Positions 10,249-19,853 of a DNA stretch of 64,000 nt are shown here, in pieces. The notes under the pieces are model-generated. The model was given only the letters and a program-made list of their open reading frames with translations. It did no database searches and was not told the DNA's origin. The DNA comes from Desulfobacterales bacterium. Its GTDB lineage: Bacteria > Desulfobacterota > Desulfobacteria > Desulfobacterales > UBA2174. The position numbers and the translations under genes were made by a program. The stretch is taken from NCBI GenBank assembly GCA_963668645.2, contig CAXXWC010000001.1:96001-160000 (forward strand). The letters run 5' to 3'. Numbering within the stretch: position 1 is the first letter of the stretch; the number at the start of each line of letters is the position of its first letter.

Positions 10249-11139
10249 TCACCGGGCTTGTCTAACAAACCGTTCAAATTGTGGTTCGCTGCGCTCACAC
10301 AATCTAACCTTATTCGTTATGTCACTACTTTTTGTACCAAGAACATCCGTTTGTTTAAGACTTGGGCTAAGAATGGAAGCCCCTACCTTTTGAGCTCTAA
10401 ACAAAATACAAGGAAGGGTTTTGTGTAATTGGTTTTTACAGAACAATTTGGCATTTTTCTTTACAGTTGGATTAATCCTGGCCCTGCCATCTCCTAACAA
10501 GGAAAACATTCTTATTCCTGCAGTAACTCCTATCGTGTGACAGCCTCCAAATATCAGGATGGATTTTTTTTGATTGTTTGGGCTAATAATTCGTTCGATG
10601 TATCCATAATCAATTTCTTTATTGCGGTCATAATACTCATTATCATTAAATTTATCATAGATGGTTATCTCGTCAGGGGCATCTAATGATTTATCTCCAA
10701 AAAATGGACTTCTGTAGGTAAACCGTGTCTCTCCCATCTCTAATATTCTTTTTGTCATTAAATTGTAATCAGGACCACCGACAAATATCATATTGTCTGT
10801 GAAATCTAGTTTAGAAGACATAGCTTCACCAGATGACAAAAATTTTAAATCGATATTTGGGTATATTCTTATAAGCGTAACTGAGAGTTCAAAAAATGCA
10901 TCGACATCACCGTATTTTAATAGATAGATAAATTCTCTTTCCTCTGGCCACTGCCTTTTCTCAGGGTCATCACCTTCCGAACAGACAATTATTACAGTCT
11001 CCCCGTCTTTGTATTTCCAGAATTTTCTCAACTTTCTATATTTAAAAAATCTTTTTAATCGAAATGAGGCTCCTATTGCACTAGAAATAGATAATACTAC
11101 CGCATAAGCGCTAACGATAAATGCAATTATTTCTAGCAT
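10249..11139 (-). CDS. Hypothetical protein, N-terminal TM helix plus alpha/beta domain
   Basis: 296-aa AT-rich ORF with a hydrophobic N-terminus and motifs DNMIFVGGPDYN, DYGYIER..SP, ILIFGGCHTIG. The 3' end reads through the attC site. Confidence 0.75.
   Translation of the reverse strand: MLEIIAFIVSAYAVVLSISSAIGASFRLKRFFKYRKLRKFWKYKDGETVIIVCSEGDDPEKRQWPEEREFIYLLKYGDVDAFFELSVTLIRIYPNIDLKFLSSGEAMSSKLDFTDNMIFVGGPDYNLMTKRILEMGETRFTYRSPFFGDKSLDAPDEITIYDKFNDNEYYDRNKEIDYGYIERIISPNNQKKSILIFGGCHTIGVTAGIRMFSLLGDGRARINPTVKKNAKLFCKNQLHKTLPCILFRAQKVGASILSPSLKQTDVLGTKSSDITNKVRLCERSEPQFERFVRQAR
10260..10322 (+). other. Integron attC-like recombination site (solo)
   Basis: GTCTAAC (R'') AAACC GTTCAAAT (L'') TGTGGTTCGCTGCGCTCACACA ATCTAAC (L') CTTATTC GTTATGT (R'); 63 bp, foldable with the canonical extrahelical base. 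Confidence 0.7.
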
Positions 11140-11185
11140 ATCTTATAATTCTTTCTATTAAATCCATAAAAATTACAAAAAGTTA

Positions 11186-11815
11186 TTACAAAACGAAAAA
11201 ATTTGATTCTTTTAGCTTACCTCTCCAATTCTTATAATGGCAAATCTCATTAAAACCATAAGCAATATGAAAAGAAGGAAGGTCTTTCGATAACACTGAA
11301 CCTGCACAAACATATGACTTTTTACTGAGTCTTATCCCTCCCAATAGGGTCGAATTAAAACCAACAAAAACATCATCCTCCAAAATAGGAGGGGATTCAG
11401 CAGCTTCATCTGCATCCCATGGCACGCTTGGATCAATATGAATATGAGCAAAACCACCAAATATACGACAACGATTTCCTATAATTGCTCTCTCACCAAT
11501 AATCGATGCAATAATGCAATCATCACCTACTTTAACCTGGTTTTGTAATAATGCTCTATTCATCAGAATTGTATTTTTACCTACCACTACATTGCATTCG
11601 ATTTTGCAAAAATCATCTATTTTACAATTTTTATCTACAATGGATCCTTGTCCGATTATACAAAAGTCTCCAATATGAACATTGTTTTTAATAATTGTGA
11701 GTGTATCAGCCTTAATACTTCCTTCAAAAAGAGGCCGAAATAGCTTACCTATAATTGCTGATCCACTAATTTTAGAATCTGGAGCTATTTCGCACTTTCC
11801 TATTACTTTAGCCAT
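11186..11815 (-). CDS. Hexapeptide-repeat (left-handed beta-helix) acyltransferase
   Basis: Repeating [IV]G[DN]xxxI hexads; ILEDDVFVGFNSTLLGGI..VCAGSVLSKDLP. Confidence 0.85.
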   Translation of the reverse strand: MAKVIGKCEIAPDSKISGSAIIGKLFRPLFEGSIKADTLTIIKNNVHIGDFCIIGQGSIVDKNCKIDDFCKIECNVVVGKNTILMNRALLQNQVKVGDDCIIASIIGERAIIGNRCRIFGGFAHIHIDPSVPWDADEAAESPPILEDDVFVGFNSTLLGGIRLSKKSYVCAGSVLSKDLPSFHIAYGFNEICHYKNWRGKLKESNFFVL

Positions 11816-11850
11816 AATCGTATCATTGCATTCAAAGCATAATTAATCGG

Positions 11851-12690
11851 TTAAAATTCTTGCAAAGCGTTTTCTATTAAAATATCAAATATTTGATGTT
11901 TATTTTTTAAAGATACTTCTGAAGTACCATCGGGGTCTCTAATCTCCATAAATCCATGATCCATATTTTCAATTTGGAACAGCTTGATGTTTTTTAAGTT
12001 TTCAATCGCTTTCTGAGAAATTTCAATTGGCACAATTTGATCCTTTGTTCCATGTATAATCACAGTTGGCTGAGTTATTTTAGAAAGAATGTCTTTTGGT
12101 TTAATGAGCTTCATCTCTTCTATAAATCTAATATCTAGCCAGATTTGTTCATCAAAAAGTATCTGTCCCGTTCTAAACATATTTTTTTTTGTCACTTCAT
12201 TATAAAACGTGCATGCAAATTCAGATTTTCCCATTAAAAGTGTTTCTTCAAAATCTAATCCGGGTGCAAGTAGACCGATACTTCGTATTTTTGAAGGGTA
12301 ACTTTTTGCTAATGATAGGGCACTACAGGCACCAAAACTTGTCCCAATAACATGTATTCCGTTATATTTACGGCAATTTTTTAAAAACTTGTGTATCGAT
12401 TTAACGACTGTCTTTGAGTCAATAATTGATCCAATTATGCTTATATCTCTAGAATTGCCATCGCTTTTGCCATGTCCACGCAAATCGAACCTAATTGATG
12501 CAATATTTTTATCAAATAAAAACTTTGAAAACTCTAAATATAAATTTAAATATTCGTTTTTATCCACGGATAATCCATGTATAAGTAATAATGCAATTTT
12601 TGACGAAGCTGGCTCAGTTACTTCAACATCTAGGGAAAAGCCATCTGGTGTGGTAACTTTATAAAAAGTTATATTGGAATGTTTCATCAT
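11851..12690 (-). CDS. Alpha/beta hydrolase
   Basis: IHGL, RFDLRGHGKSDG, nucleophile GTSFG, HGTKDQIVP, DHGF. Confidence 0.9.
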   Translation of the reverse strand: MMKHSNITFYKVTTPDGFSLDVEVTEPASSKIALLLIHGLSVDKNEYLNLYLEFSKFLFDKNIASIRFDLRGHGKSDGNSRDISIIGSIIDSKTVVKSIHKFLKNCRKYNGIHVIGTSFGACSALSLAKSYPSKIRSIGLLAPGLDFEETLLMGKSEFACTFYNEVTKKNMFRTGQILFDEQIWLDIRFIEEMKLIKPKDILSKITQPTVIIHGTKDQIVPIEISQKAIENLKNIKLFQIENMDHGFMEIRDPDGTSEVSLKNKHQIFDILIENALQEF

Positions 12691-12718
12691 ATTGGTTCCT
12701 TATGAATTAGCTTAAATC

Positions 12719-13764
12719 TTATGCGGTATCGATTGTTCTTTTTAAAATCGTATTATCAACTGGTGTAGAGTCGCAATATCTTATCCAATCCTTATTATCC
12801 ATTTCCAATTTTTTAATAAATTCCACACATTCATATGCTGTTACTGATTTATTTATTTTTAGAGCCATATCAATATTTTTTTTATTTTGTAATCTGAAAA
12901 TAGATCTAAAAATTCAAAAAGTTTTTGCCTTCTGGATCGGATAAAATTATCCCAAACAGCCAAACTATTTCGCAAATGATAAAGCTTATTCCAGATTAAG
13001 GCATATAGACAATCGGCGATTATTTCCCCGAACTCTTGAAAAGCGGCTCGGTGTGGATTTGAAAACGGATCATACTCTAGTTGCTGTATATTTCCAAATG
13101 AACAAATATCCTTTTTCAAAATGAATGGTAACATAAAAAGCCAATCTTCATTATATATTTGTGGAAAAAATGAACATATATTTTTAGTAGTCAAAAATAA
13201 AAAGCTACCGCTAATAAATGTTTGAACAGGAATATTTGAAGCGCGTTCTAAGTGCCCAAAAATTGAAGTGTCTGGGTAATCTTCTACAAAACAGCCTGCG
13301 ACGGAATAATAGTCAAGACATCTGCAACCCTTTTCTAATACTTCAGGAGAAATTCCCCTTATATCATCATCTATCAAGACTATTTTTTGGAAATTATTTA
13401 ACATGGAATAATTAATTGCATAATTGCGTTTAATTGGTAGATCCCAATTTGAAAAGGAATCTTCTATAAATTTATATCTAGTTGTTTTAAACTCATTGAA
13501 TAGGTGACTCACCTTTGAATAAAAAGGATTAAGTATTTCAATGTCCATGTTATTTGCAAAATCTATTTTATAAATATCTGATACATCTGATGGCAAAAGA
13601 TAAATCTTATCCTGATACCATTTCATCTGATTTAACAACTCATTTACATTGCTATAATTACTTTTAAACGGGATAAAAAGACCGTCCAAGTCTATCTGAC
13701 CATAACTATCTATTCCAGATAGAATATTAATTAATAGCCGTGGATTTTGTATCTTTTTTATCAT
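12719..13764 (-). CDS. GT-A fold glycosyltransferase-like protein, frameshifted in an A8 tract near the 3' end
   Basis: KRNYAI...IVLIDDDI (DxD motif), FFPQIYNEDWLF, YDPF...QEFGE. The ORF stops at 12859, but one extra A in the tract at 12876-12883 extends it to a stop at 12719-12721. Confidence 0.7.
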
Positions 13765-13792
13765 TTTACAAGCTACTATTTTCCTATTTAGT

Positions 13793-14454
13793 CTATCTCT
13801 TCAACATAACTGCTTGTTTACCATCCGGGGACACAATGCGAATGTTTCTTTTAACTACGTCGAACTCGGTATGGCCTATAAAAAAGGCCTCCCCTGGTTC
13901 CCGGTCGAGTGTGTAACAAATTGTTAATTGTCTGTCTCTATTCAAATCTTTCTGCATGCATTTCAAGAAACTTTTTACATTCTTCTGAATTCTTAAAGCG
14001 ATCATTTTCAAATTTTTTTATTCTTTTATCTGGTTATGCAGCTCGCTCCAGCTAATTTGCCAGCGCTGGATGCGCCGCTTCCCATACGATCTGGCAACGC
14101 GGCCTTTGAATCGATTTTGCAACTTAACCAAACTGCATAACCAGATTCTTTTATTACATCCAGGGGAGCACCTTTCTCATCCGAGCCAAGGCTATGATTC
14201 CGTATGTAATCATGTTGGACTACCGCTCCAGTTCATATGTACTTTAAATCGAAATTGGCGGTGGTCGCAATACCTCATTTGCTATATTCGCCAACTGATC
14301 TACCCTTTAAAAGATGTCTAATTCCAATTTGCATTCAAGCCGATGGCAAAGATTTGGTAAAATACTATAAAACAGAATAGTTAAACTTTATTTAGAAATC
14401 ATCTCGGTCGCAAATTGGAATAAGCAGCCAAGTGACGCCATTTACGGCGTCCAT
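13793..14454 (-). pseudogene. Heavily degraded gene remnant interrupted by a MITE
   Basis: GAGGAG RBS plus ATG at 14454 (MDAVNGVTWLLI...), several stops, and a residual 72-aa ORF at 13793-14011. Family uncertain. Confidence 0.3.
14030..14144. mobile_element. 115-bp MITE
   Basis: Perfect TIR CTGGTTATGCAG...CTGCATAACCAG; flanking direct repeat ATTCTTTTAT (14020-14029, 14145-14154). Confidence 0.85.
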
Positions 14455-14750
14455 TTGCTCCTCTTTTATTGCAAGTATTCGATGCCAGAAGCCTCTAAGA
14501 CAACAAAAAGCCATCAACCGGTTCTCTTGACGATTGGAGTTTTAGGGCAAACCTTGCCATGGCTCCTCCAGTTTTTTATTTACTTAAGTTAACGAGCCAT
14601 AGCAAAGCCACTTAAAACCGTCAACCCATATTTTAACAACAGGTGATAATTCGAATGTCCTGATCGCGGATTCAATCCGCTCTCACAGCCTTGAAAGCCT
14701 TGTTGCCCTTCTTGTCCTTTTGCCCGACTAGGGAATTGATATTGTTGTTT

Positions 14751-14805
14751 TTCTCTGTGCCCTCTGTGTCTCTGTGGTGAAACTGGTTCTTTCCAGCCCT
14801 TGTCC
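14751..14805 (+). repeat. ~55-bp direct repeat (CTCTGTG-type), left of Fic
   Basis: TTCTCTGTGCCCTCTGTGTCTCTGTGGTGAAACTGGTTCTTTCCAGCCCTTGTCC; near copy at 16198-16251. Confidence 0.75.
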
Positions 14806-14945
14806 TGCCGCTGTGCCAAAGTGATGATCCTCCACTGACTCTTTGATGGAAATCCGTTTGATTTTTCTTTCTCGATCTTTTATTTTAGGATACAGCGTCA
14901 GAATAAAATAAAGACAAACCATATTTTAGGTTCGAGGCGGGCAGG

Positions 14946-16115
14946 ATGAAGCGAAAACTTCAAGGCAGATACGTGACCATATCGACGGCGGGGGAGAAGG
15001 CCAAAGCCTTCGTGCCTGCATCACTGCCGCCGCGTCCACCCATCGACTGGATCCCGGAACTGCGCGACAAGTTCGATCAGGCGCTTCTGGCTCTCGGGCG
15101 GCTTGACAGCGTTTCGACCCTGCTGCCGGACACATCACTGTTCCTCTACATGTATGTTCGCAAGGAGGCGGTGCTTTCCTCCATGATCGAGGGAACCCAG
15201 TCCTCGCTGTCAGACCTGCTGCTGTTTGAGCTGGATCAGGAGCCCGGCGTGCCGCTGGATGACGTGCGGGAAGTCAGCAACTATGTCGCCGCCCTTGACC
15301 ATGGTCTGCGCCTGCTGGAAAAAGGACTGCCTCTTTGTCTGCGCTTGTTCCGCGAAATCCATGGCGTGCTGCTGACCAAGGGCCGGGGCAGCCATCAGAC
15401 CCCGGGCGAATTCCGGCGCAGCCAGAACTGGATCGGCGGCACCCGGCCGGGCAACGCGGCCTTCGTTCCGCCTCCAGCCGAAGAAGTCCTGGAGTGCATG
15501 AGCAAGCTGGAACTCTTTCTGCACGACCAGCCGAAGCCGACTCCGGTGTTGCTCAAGGCAGCGCTGGCGCATTTACAGTTCGAGACGATCCACCCGTTCC
15601 TCGATGGTAATGGCCGCCTTGGGCGTCTGTTGATCACCCTGTTGTTTTGCGAGCAGAAGGTGTTACGAGAGCCGATGCTCTACCTCAGCCTCTACTTCAA
15701 GTCGCACCGGCAATATTACTATGAGTTGCTCAACACCGTGCGCATGACCGGCGACTGGGAAGCCTGGCTCGATTTCTTTGCCGAGGCGGTGATCGTTACC
15801 GCCACTCAGGCGGTGGAAACCGCTCAGCAGCTTCTCGACCTGTCGAACCAGGATCGCGACAAGATCAGCGGCCTGGGCCGAGCGGCGGCCTCCACCCTGC
15901 AGGTCCACCGGGCACTCATGGAGCACCCCATAGCCACCTCGGACTCGCTGGTGAAAAAGACAGGGATTACCCCGGCAACCGTCAACAAGGCGCTCGGCCA
16001 TCTGGAACGGCTCGGCATCGTCAAGGAACTGACCGCTCGGAAACGCAACCGCCTGTTCAGCTACGCAGGCTATATCAAAATCATGAGTCGCGGTACGGAA
16101 CCGCCGGGCAGGTAG
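14946..16115 (+). CDS. Fic family protein (Fic/DOC N-terminal, Fic, C-terminal HTH)
   Basis: KEAVLSSMIEGT, PGEFRRSQNWIG, HPFLDGNGRLGR. Confidence 0.95.
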   Translation: MKRKLQGRYVTISTAGEKAKAFVPASLPPRPPIDWIPELRDKFDQALLALGRLDSVSTLLPDTSLFLYMYVRKEAVLSSMIEGTQSSLSDLLLFELDQEPGVPLDDVREVSNYVAALDHGLRLLEKGLPLCLRLFREIHGVLLTKGRGSHQTPGEFRRSQNWIGGTRPGNAAFVPPPAEEVLECMSKLELFLHDQPKPTPVLLKAALAHLQFETIHPFLDGNGRLGRLLITLLFCEQKVLREPMLYLSLYFKSHRQYYYELLNTVRMTGDWEAWLDFFAEAVIVTATQAVETAQQLLDLSNQDRDKISGLGRAAASTLQVHRALMEHPIATSDSLVKKTGITPATVNKALGHLERLGIVKELTARKRNRLFSYAGYIKIMSRGTEPPGR

Positions 16116-16197
16116 GTCGATTCCGGTTCTCAAAATCGAACCGGCGCCCAAAAAAAAAGCGCGTGATAACGGCGGGCTCCTCGATATTTTTCCTTCT

Positions 16198-16251
16198 TTC
16201 TCTGTGTTCTCCGTGTCTCTGTGGTGAAAACGGTTTTTCCAGCCCTCGTCC
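16198..16251 (+). repeat. ~55-bp direct repeat, right of Fic
   Basis: TTCTCTGTGTTCTCCGTGTCTCTGTGGTGAAAACGGTTTTTCCAGCCCTCGTCC. Confidence 0.75.
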
Positions 16252-16452
16252 CGGTTGTGTCCGTTTTTTTATCTCCGCGCCTCAGCGCCTCTGCGGGAGT
16301 CCAAACATATCCCCACACCAACATCATCCCCACTTTGCAACCCTCCGCTGAAAGCGGTTGCCAGCCGATCCGCGCCGGTGCTATAGGGTTTAATTTACTA
16401 CAAACGCCAATGAAGTTCGCTCCAGCCAAGAGCGTCCGACGGAAGCGAAAAA

Positions 16453-17895
16453 ATGCCCGATGCACCTGAAAACCCACCCGTAAAGGAATACCTGCGCCGC
16501 CTGCCCGGAATCGACGTGCTGCTCTCGGCGCTCGGCGGCCAACCGTCACGCGATGAGGTCCCCCCGGCCCTGATCACCCGCATGGCCCGCCAGACCGTGG
16601 CCGAACTACGTCAGGAGATCCTGGCCGGAGAGATCCCGGACCCGGATGCAGCCCTGACCCTGGACGCTGTGGCACAGCGTGTCCGCCACGCCCTCACCCT
16701 GGCCCTGCGCCCCCGTTTGCGGCGCACCGTCAATGCGGCCGGGGTCGTGGTGCACACCAACCTGGGCCGCAGCCTGCTGGCCGAAGAAGCCATCGAACGG
16801 CTCTGCGAGGTGGCCCGGCGCTACTCCAACCTGGAATACGACCTGGAACGCGGCCGGCGCGGCTCGCGCTACACTGCGGTCCACGATCTTTTGTGCGAGA
16901 TCACCGGGGCCGAAGCCGCCATGGTGGTCAACAACAACGCCGCCGCGGTGCTGCTCTGCCTGGAAACCATGGCCGCCGGACAGCCGGTGGTGGTCTCGCG
17001 CGGCGAGCTGGTGGAGATCGGCGGCGCTTTCCGGATTCCGGACGTGATGGCCAAAAGCGGGGCCCTGTTAAAAGAAGTGGGCACCACCAACCGCACCCAC
17101 CGGCGCGACTACGTGCAGGCTATCACCGACGAGACGGCCCTGCTGCTCAAGGTGCATACGAGCAACTACGCCCTGGTGGGTTTTACCGCCGAAGTGCCCC
17201 TGGCCGAGCTGGTGAAAATCGGCCGGGAGCGCGGTATCCCGGTGATGAACGATCTGGGGTCGGGTAATTTCATCGACCTGACCGCCTACGGGCTCCAGAG
17301 CGAACCCACGGTCCAGGAGACCGTGGCCACCGGGGTGGATCTGGTCACTTTCAGCGGCGACAAGCTGCTGGGCGGCCCCCAGGCCGGCATCATCCTCGGG
17401 CGGGCCGAGTATATCGAGCGCATCCGCAGCAACCCCATCAACCGGGCCCTGCGCATCGACAAGCTGACCCTGGCGGCCCTGGAAGGGACCCTGCGCCTCT
17501 ACCGCGATCCGGCCAGGGCCGTGGCCCAGGTCCCGACCCTGAGGATGCTCACCGAACCGGTCGAATCCATCGAACGCCGCGCCCGCACGCTGGCCCAAGC
17601 CCTGGAGGCCCTGAATGCCGCCGAGCTGCAAGTCTCGCTCCACGACGGGGTTTCCAAGGCCGGCGGCGGAGCCCTGCCCCTTCTCGATCTTCCCAGCCGG
17701 CTGGTGGGGGTGCGCATGGCCGGCCTTCCGGCCGAATCCATCGAGCGCCGCATGCGGGCCAGCGACCCGGCCATCATCGGGCGCATGGAGAACGACCTTT
17801 TTCTCATGGACCTGCGCACCGTGGCCGAGGACGAAATCCCGATTATCGTGGCGGCCATTAACACATTGATCCAAGGCGAGACCGATGACTCCTGA
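16453..17895 (+). CDS. selA: L-seryl-tRNA(Sec) selenium transferase
   Basis: NAAGVVVHTNLGRS, VNNNAAA, SRGELVEIGGAFRIPDVM, FSGDKLLGGPQAG. Confidence 0.97.
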   Translation: MPDAPENPPVKEYLRRLPGIDVLLSALGGQPSRDEVPPALITRMARQTVAELRQEILAGEIPDPDAALTLDAVAQRVRHALTLALRPRLRRTVNAAGVVVHTNLGRSLLAEEAIERLCEVARRYSNLEYDLERGRRGSRYTAVHDLLCEITGAEAAMVVNNNAAAVLLCLETMAAGQPVVVSRGELVEIGGAFRIPDVMAKSGALLKEVGTTNRTHRRDYVQAITDETALLLKVHTSNYALVGFTAEVPLAELVKIGRERGIPVMNDLGSGNFIDLTAYGLQSEPTVQETVATGVDLVTFSGDKLLGGPQAGIILGRAEYIERIRSNPINRALRIDKLTLAALEGTLRLYRDPARAVAQVPTLRMLTEPVESIERRARTLAQALEALNAAELQVSLHDGVSKAGGGALPLLDLPSRLVGVRMAGLPAESIERRMRASDPAIIGRMENDLFLMDLRTVAEDEIPIIVAAINTLIQGETDDS

Positions 17896-19246
17896 CACCC
17901 AACCGCTGGCGTTGCACCGCAGCTCGGCGCGCGACTTTCTCTACTGCCAGCCCGACCCGAGGCAGCCGCAGCGCACCACGGTCTTTCCGGATCCGCAGTT
18001 TTGCGGCCGCCTCGACGGGGTCGCGGATCTTCTGGTGGGATCGGCCTTTATCACCCGGGCCACGGCCCTGCTCGAACCGCTGGCCGGATTCGCCACGGTG
18101 GTCCTGCGCCTCGACGGCAGTGAAGACAGCCCTGCGGAATCCGAACCGCTCCCATCCATGGAGCCCCAGCGGATCCTGGCCGAATGCCTGGGCGGCCGGC
18201 AGTCCGGGACCGATCAGCTCTGGGGCTGGCTCGACCGGGACATCTTCGGCTGGATCCTGCCCCAAAGCGGCGGCACCGAAGCCCTGGATCAGTTCAGCCA
18301 AATCCAGGCTTCCCTGGCGGCCCGATCCAGCACCACGGTCTCGGCCGGAGTGGCGGTTTACCCCTGCCTGAGCTTTTCCAAGTCCCAGATGCTCGAAAAC
18401 GCGCGCAAGGCCCTGGACCACGCCGCCTTTTTCGGGCCGGGCCAAAGCGCCCTTTTCGACGATGTGACCCTGAATATCAGCGGCGATCAGCGCTACCAGC
18501 ATGGCGACATCAACGGGGCCATGGCCGAGTTCAAAAAGGCCCTGGCCCTCAACCCGGACAACGTCAACGTGCACAACAGCCTGGGGGTCTGCTACGGGGT
18601 CCTGGGGGCCTACGATTCGGCCCTGCACTGCTTTGAAACGGCCCTGGAAAAGGCCCCCCAGGACCTCATGGCCTTGTACAACGCCGGGCTGGTGCACCGG
18701 ATCCTCGGCGATGGCCAACGGGCTTTGACCTTCCTTCTTGCGGCCGGCCGCATCGGCGAACCGGTCTTCGAGGTGGCATTCCACACCGGCCGCCTCTACA
18801 TGGAAAACAAGGGGGCCGCAGAGGCCCGGCCCTTTCTCGAGTCCGCCACCCGGCTTTGCCCCCAGTCCGGATCGGCCTGGCGCCTGCTGGGTGAATGCCT
18901 GCTGAATCTGGACGCTGTCAGCGAGTCTGTCAGCGCCTACAAGCGGGCCGTCAAGCTCAACCCGGGCGACGCCGAATCGCTCAGCGCCCTGGGCTGTCTT
19001 TTCGACCGCCAGGGCGAGAATCCGGAAATCACCACCATCTTCTGCGAGCAGGCGGTGGACATCGCCCCGGAAAACGGCCTGTTCCACCACCGGCTCGGGG
19101 CCCTCTACTTCAAGCAGGAGCGCTACGACGAGGCCCTGCGCGCCTTCAGGCGGGCCGCCGAACTCGGCTCCCCGGCCGCGGCCGAAATCGAAGCGATCAC
19201 TAACCTGGGCATCACGCCTTTAGATGATGATGAGGTCAAAAACTGA
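17885..19246 (+). CDS. TPR-repeat protein with degenerate GGDEF-like N-terminal domain
   Basis: TVSAGVAVYP...LENARKALDHA resembles a cyclase-fold C-terminus; several TPRs follow (HNSLGVCY, YNAGLVH, HHRLGALY). Confidence 0.8.
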   Translation: MTPDTQPLALHRSSARDFLYCQPDPRQPQRTTVFPDPQFCGRLDGVADLLVGSAFITRATALLEPLAGFATVVLRLDGSEDSPAESEPLPSMEPQRILAECLGGRQSGTDQLWGWLDRDIFGWILPQSGGTEALDQFSQIQASLAARSSTTVSAGVAVYPCLSFSKSQMLENARKALDHAAFFGPGQSALFDDVTLNISGDQRYQHGDINGAMAEFKKALALNPDNVNVHNSLGVCYGVLGAYDSALHCFETALEKAPQDLMALYNAGLVHRILGDGQRALTFLLAAGRIGEPVFEVAFHTGRLYMENKGAAEARPFLESATRLCPQSGSAWRLLGECLLNLDAVSESVSAYKRAVKLNPGDAESLSALGCLFDRQGENPEITTIFCEQAVDIAPENGLFHHRLGALYFKQERYDEALRAFRRAAELGSPAAAEIEAITNLGITPLDDDEVKN

Positions 19247-19247
19247 A

Positions 19248-19853
19248 ATGAGCGACCTTTGCGATCTGGTCCTGGCCGAGGCGGAGCAAAGCGCCACCGT
19301 CAAACGCCGCTTTTTCGAAACCCATGCCCGGAAAATCGTGGAGGCCGCCGAACTTCTGGCCGCATGCCTTACCGCCGGAGGCAAGATCCTGCTTTTCGGC
19401 AACGGCGGCAGCGCGGCCGACGCCCAGCACATTGCCGCCGAATTCGTCAACCGCTTTCGCATCGAGCGCCGCCCCCTGGCCGCCATCGCCCTGACCACCG
19501 ACACCTCGATTCTGACCAGCATCGCCAACGACTACGACTTTGAGCAGATCTTCGCCAAGCAGGTGCGCGCCATCGGCCGCAGCGGTGACGTGGCCGTCGG
19601 CATCAGCACCAGCGGCAATTCACCCAACGTGCTGGCGGCCCTGGAAGCGGCCCGGGACCTGGGGCTGCATACCATCGGCATCGGCGGCCCCGGGGGACGG
19701 ATCAGCACTGCCGCCGATCGGATCTTCGCTGTGACATCCGAAAGCACGGCCCGGATCCAGGAGACCCACATCACCCTGATGCATGTGCTCTGCGAGCTGG
19801 TGGACCGCATCCTTTTCGCCGCACCGCCGATCGCGGATGGAACCGCCCCATGA
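19248..19853 (+). CDS. gmhA: D-sedoheptulose 7-phosphate isomerase
   Basis: FGNGGSAADAQHIAAE, ANDYDF, ISTSGNS, ARIQETH. Confidence 0.96.
   Translation: MSDLCDLVLAEAEQSATVKRRFFETHARKIVEAAELLAACLTAGGKILLFGNGGSAADAQHIAAEFVNRFRIERRPLAAIALTTDTSILTSIANDYDFEQIFAKQVRAIGRSGDVAVGISTSGNSPNVLAALEAARDLGLHTIGIGGPGGRISTAADRIFAVTSESTARIQETHITLMHVLCELVDRILFAAPPIADGTAP

Noticed and set aside
14030..14144. GTTATGC...GCATAAC read as an integron element
   Set aside because: Box order is inverted relative to attC; the perfect TIR plus target duplication fits a MITE.
14630..14708. Possible second attC (TTTTAAC...CTTGAAAGCCTTGTTGCCC)
   Set aside because: L boxes do not pair convincingly and R' is non-canonical.
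16115..16453. tRNA-Sec (selC) or an att site next to selA at the island boundary
   Set aside because: No cloverleaf or T-loop signature and no integrase seen.
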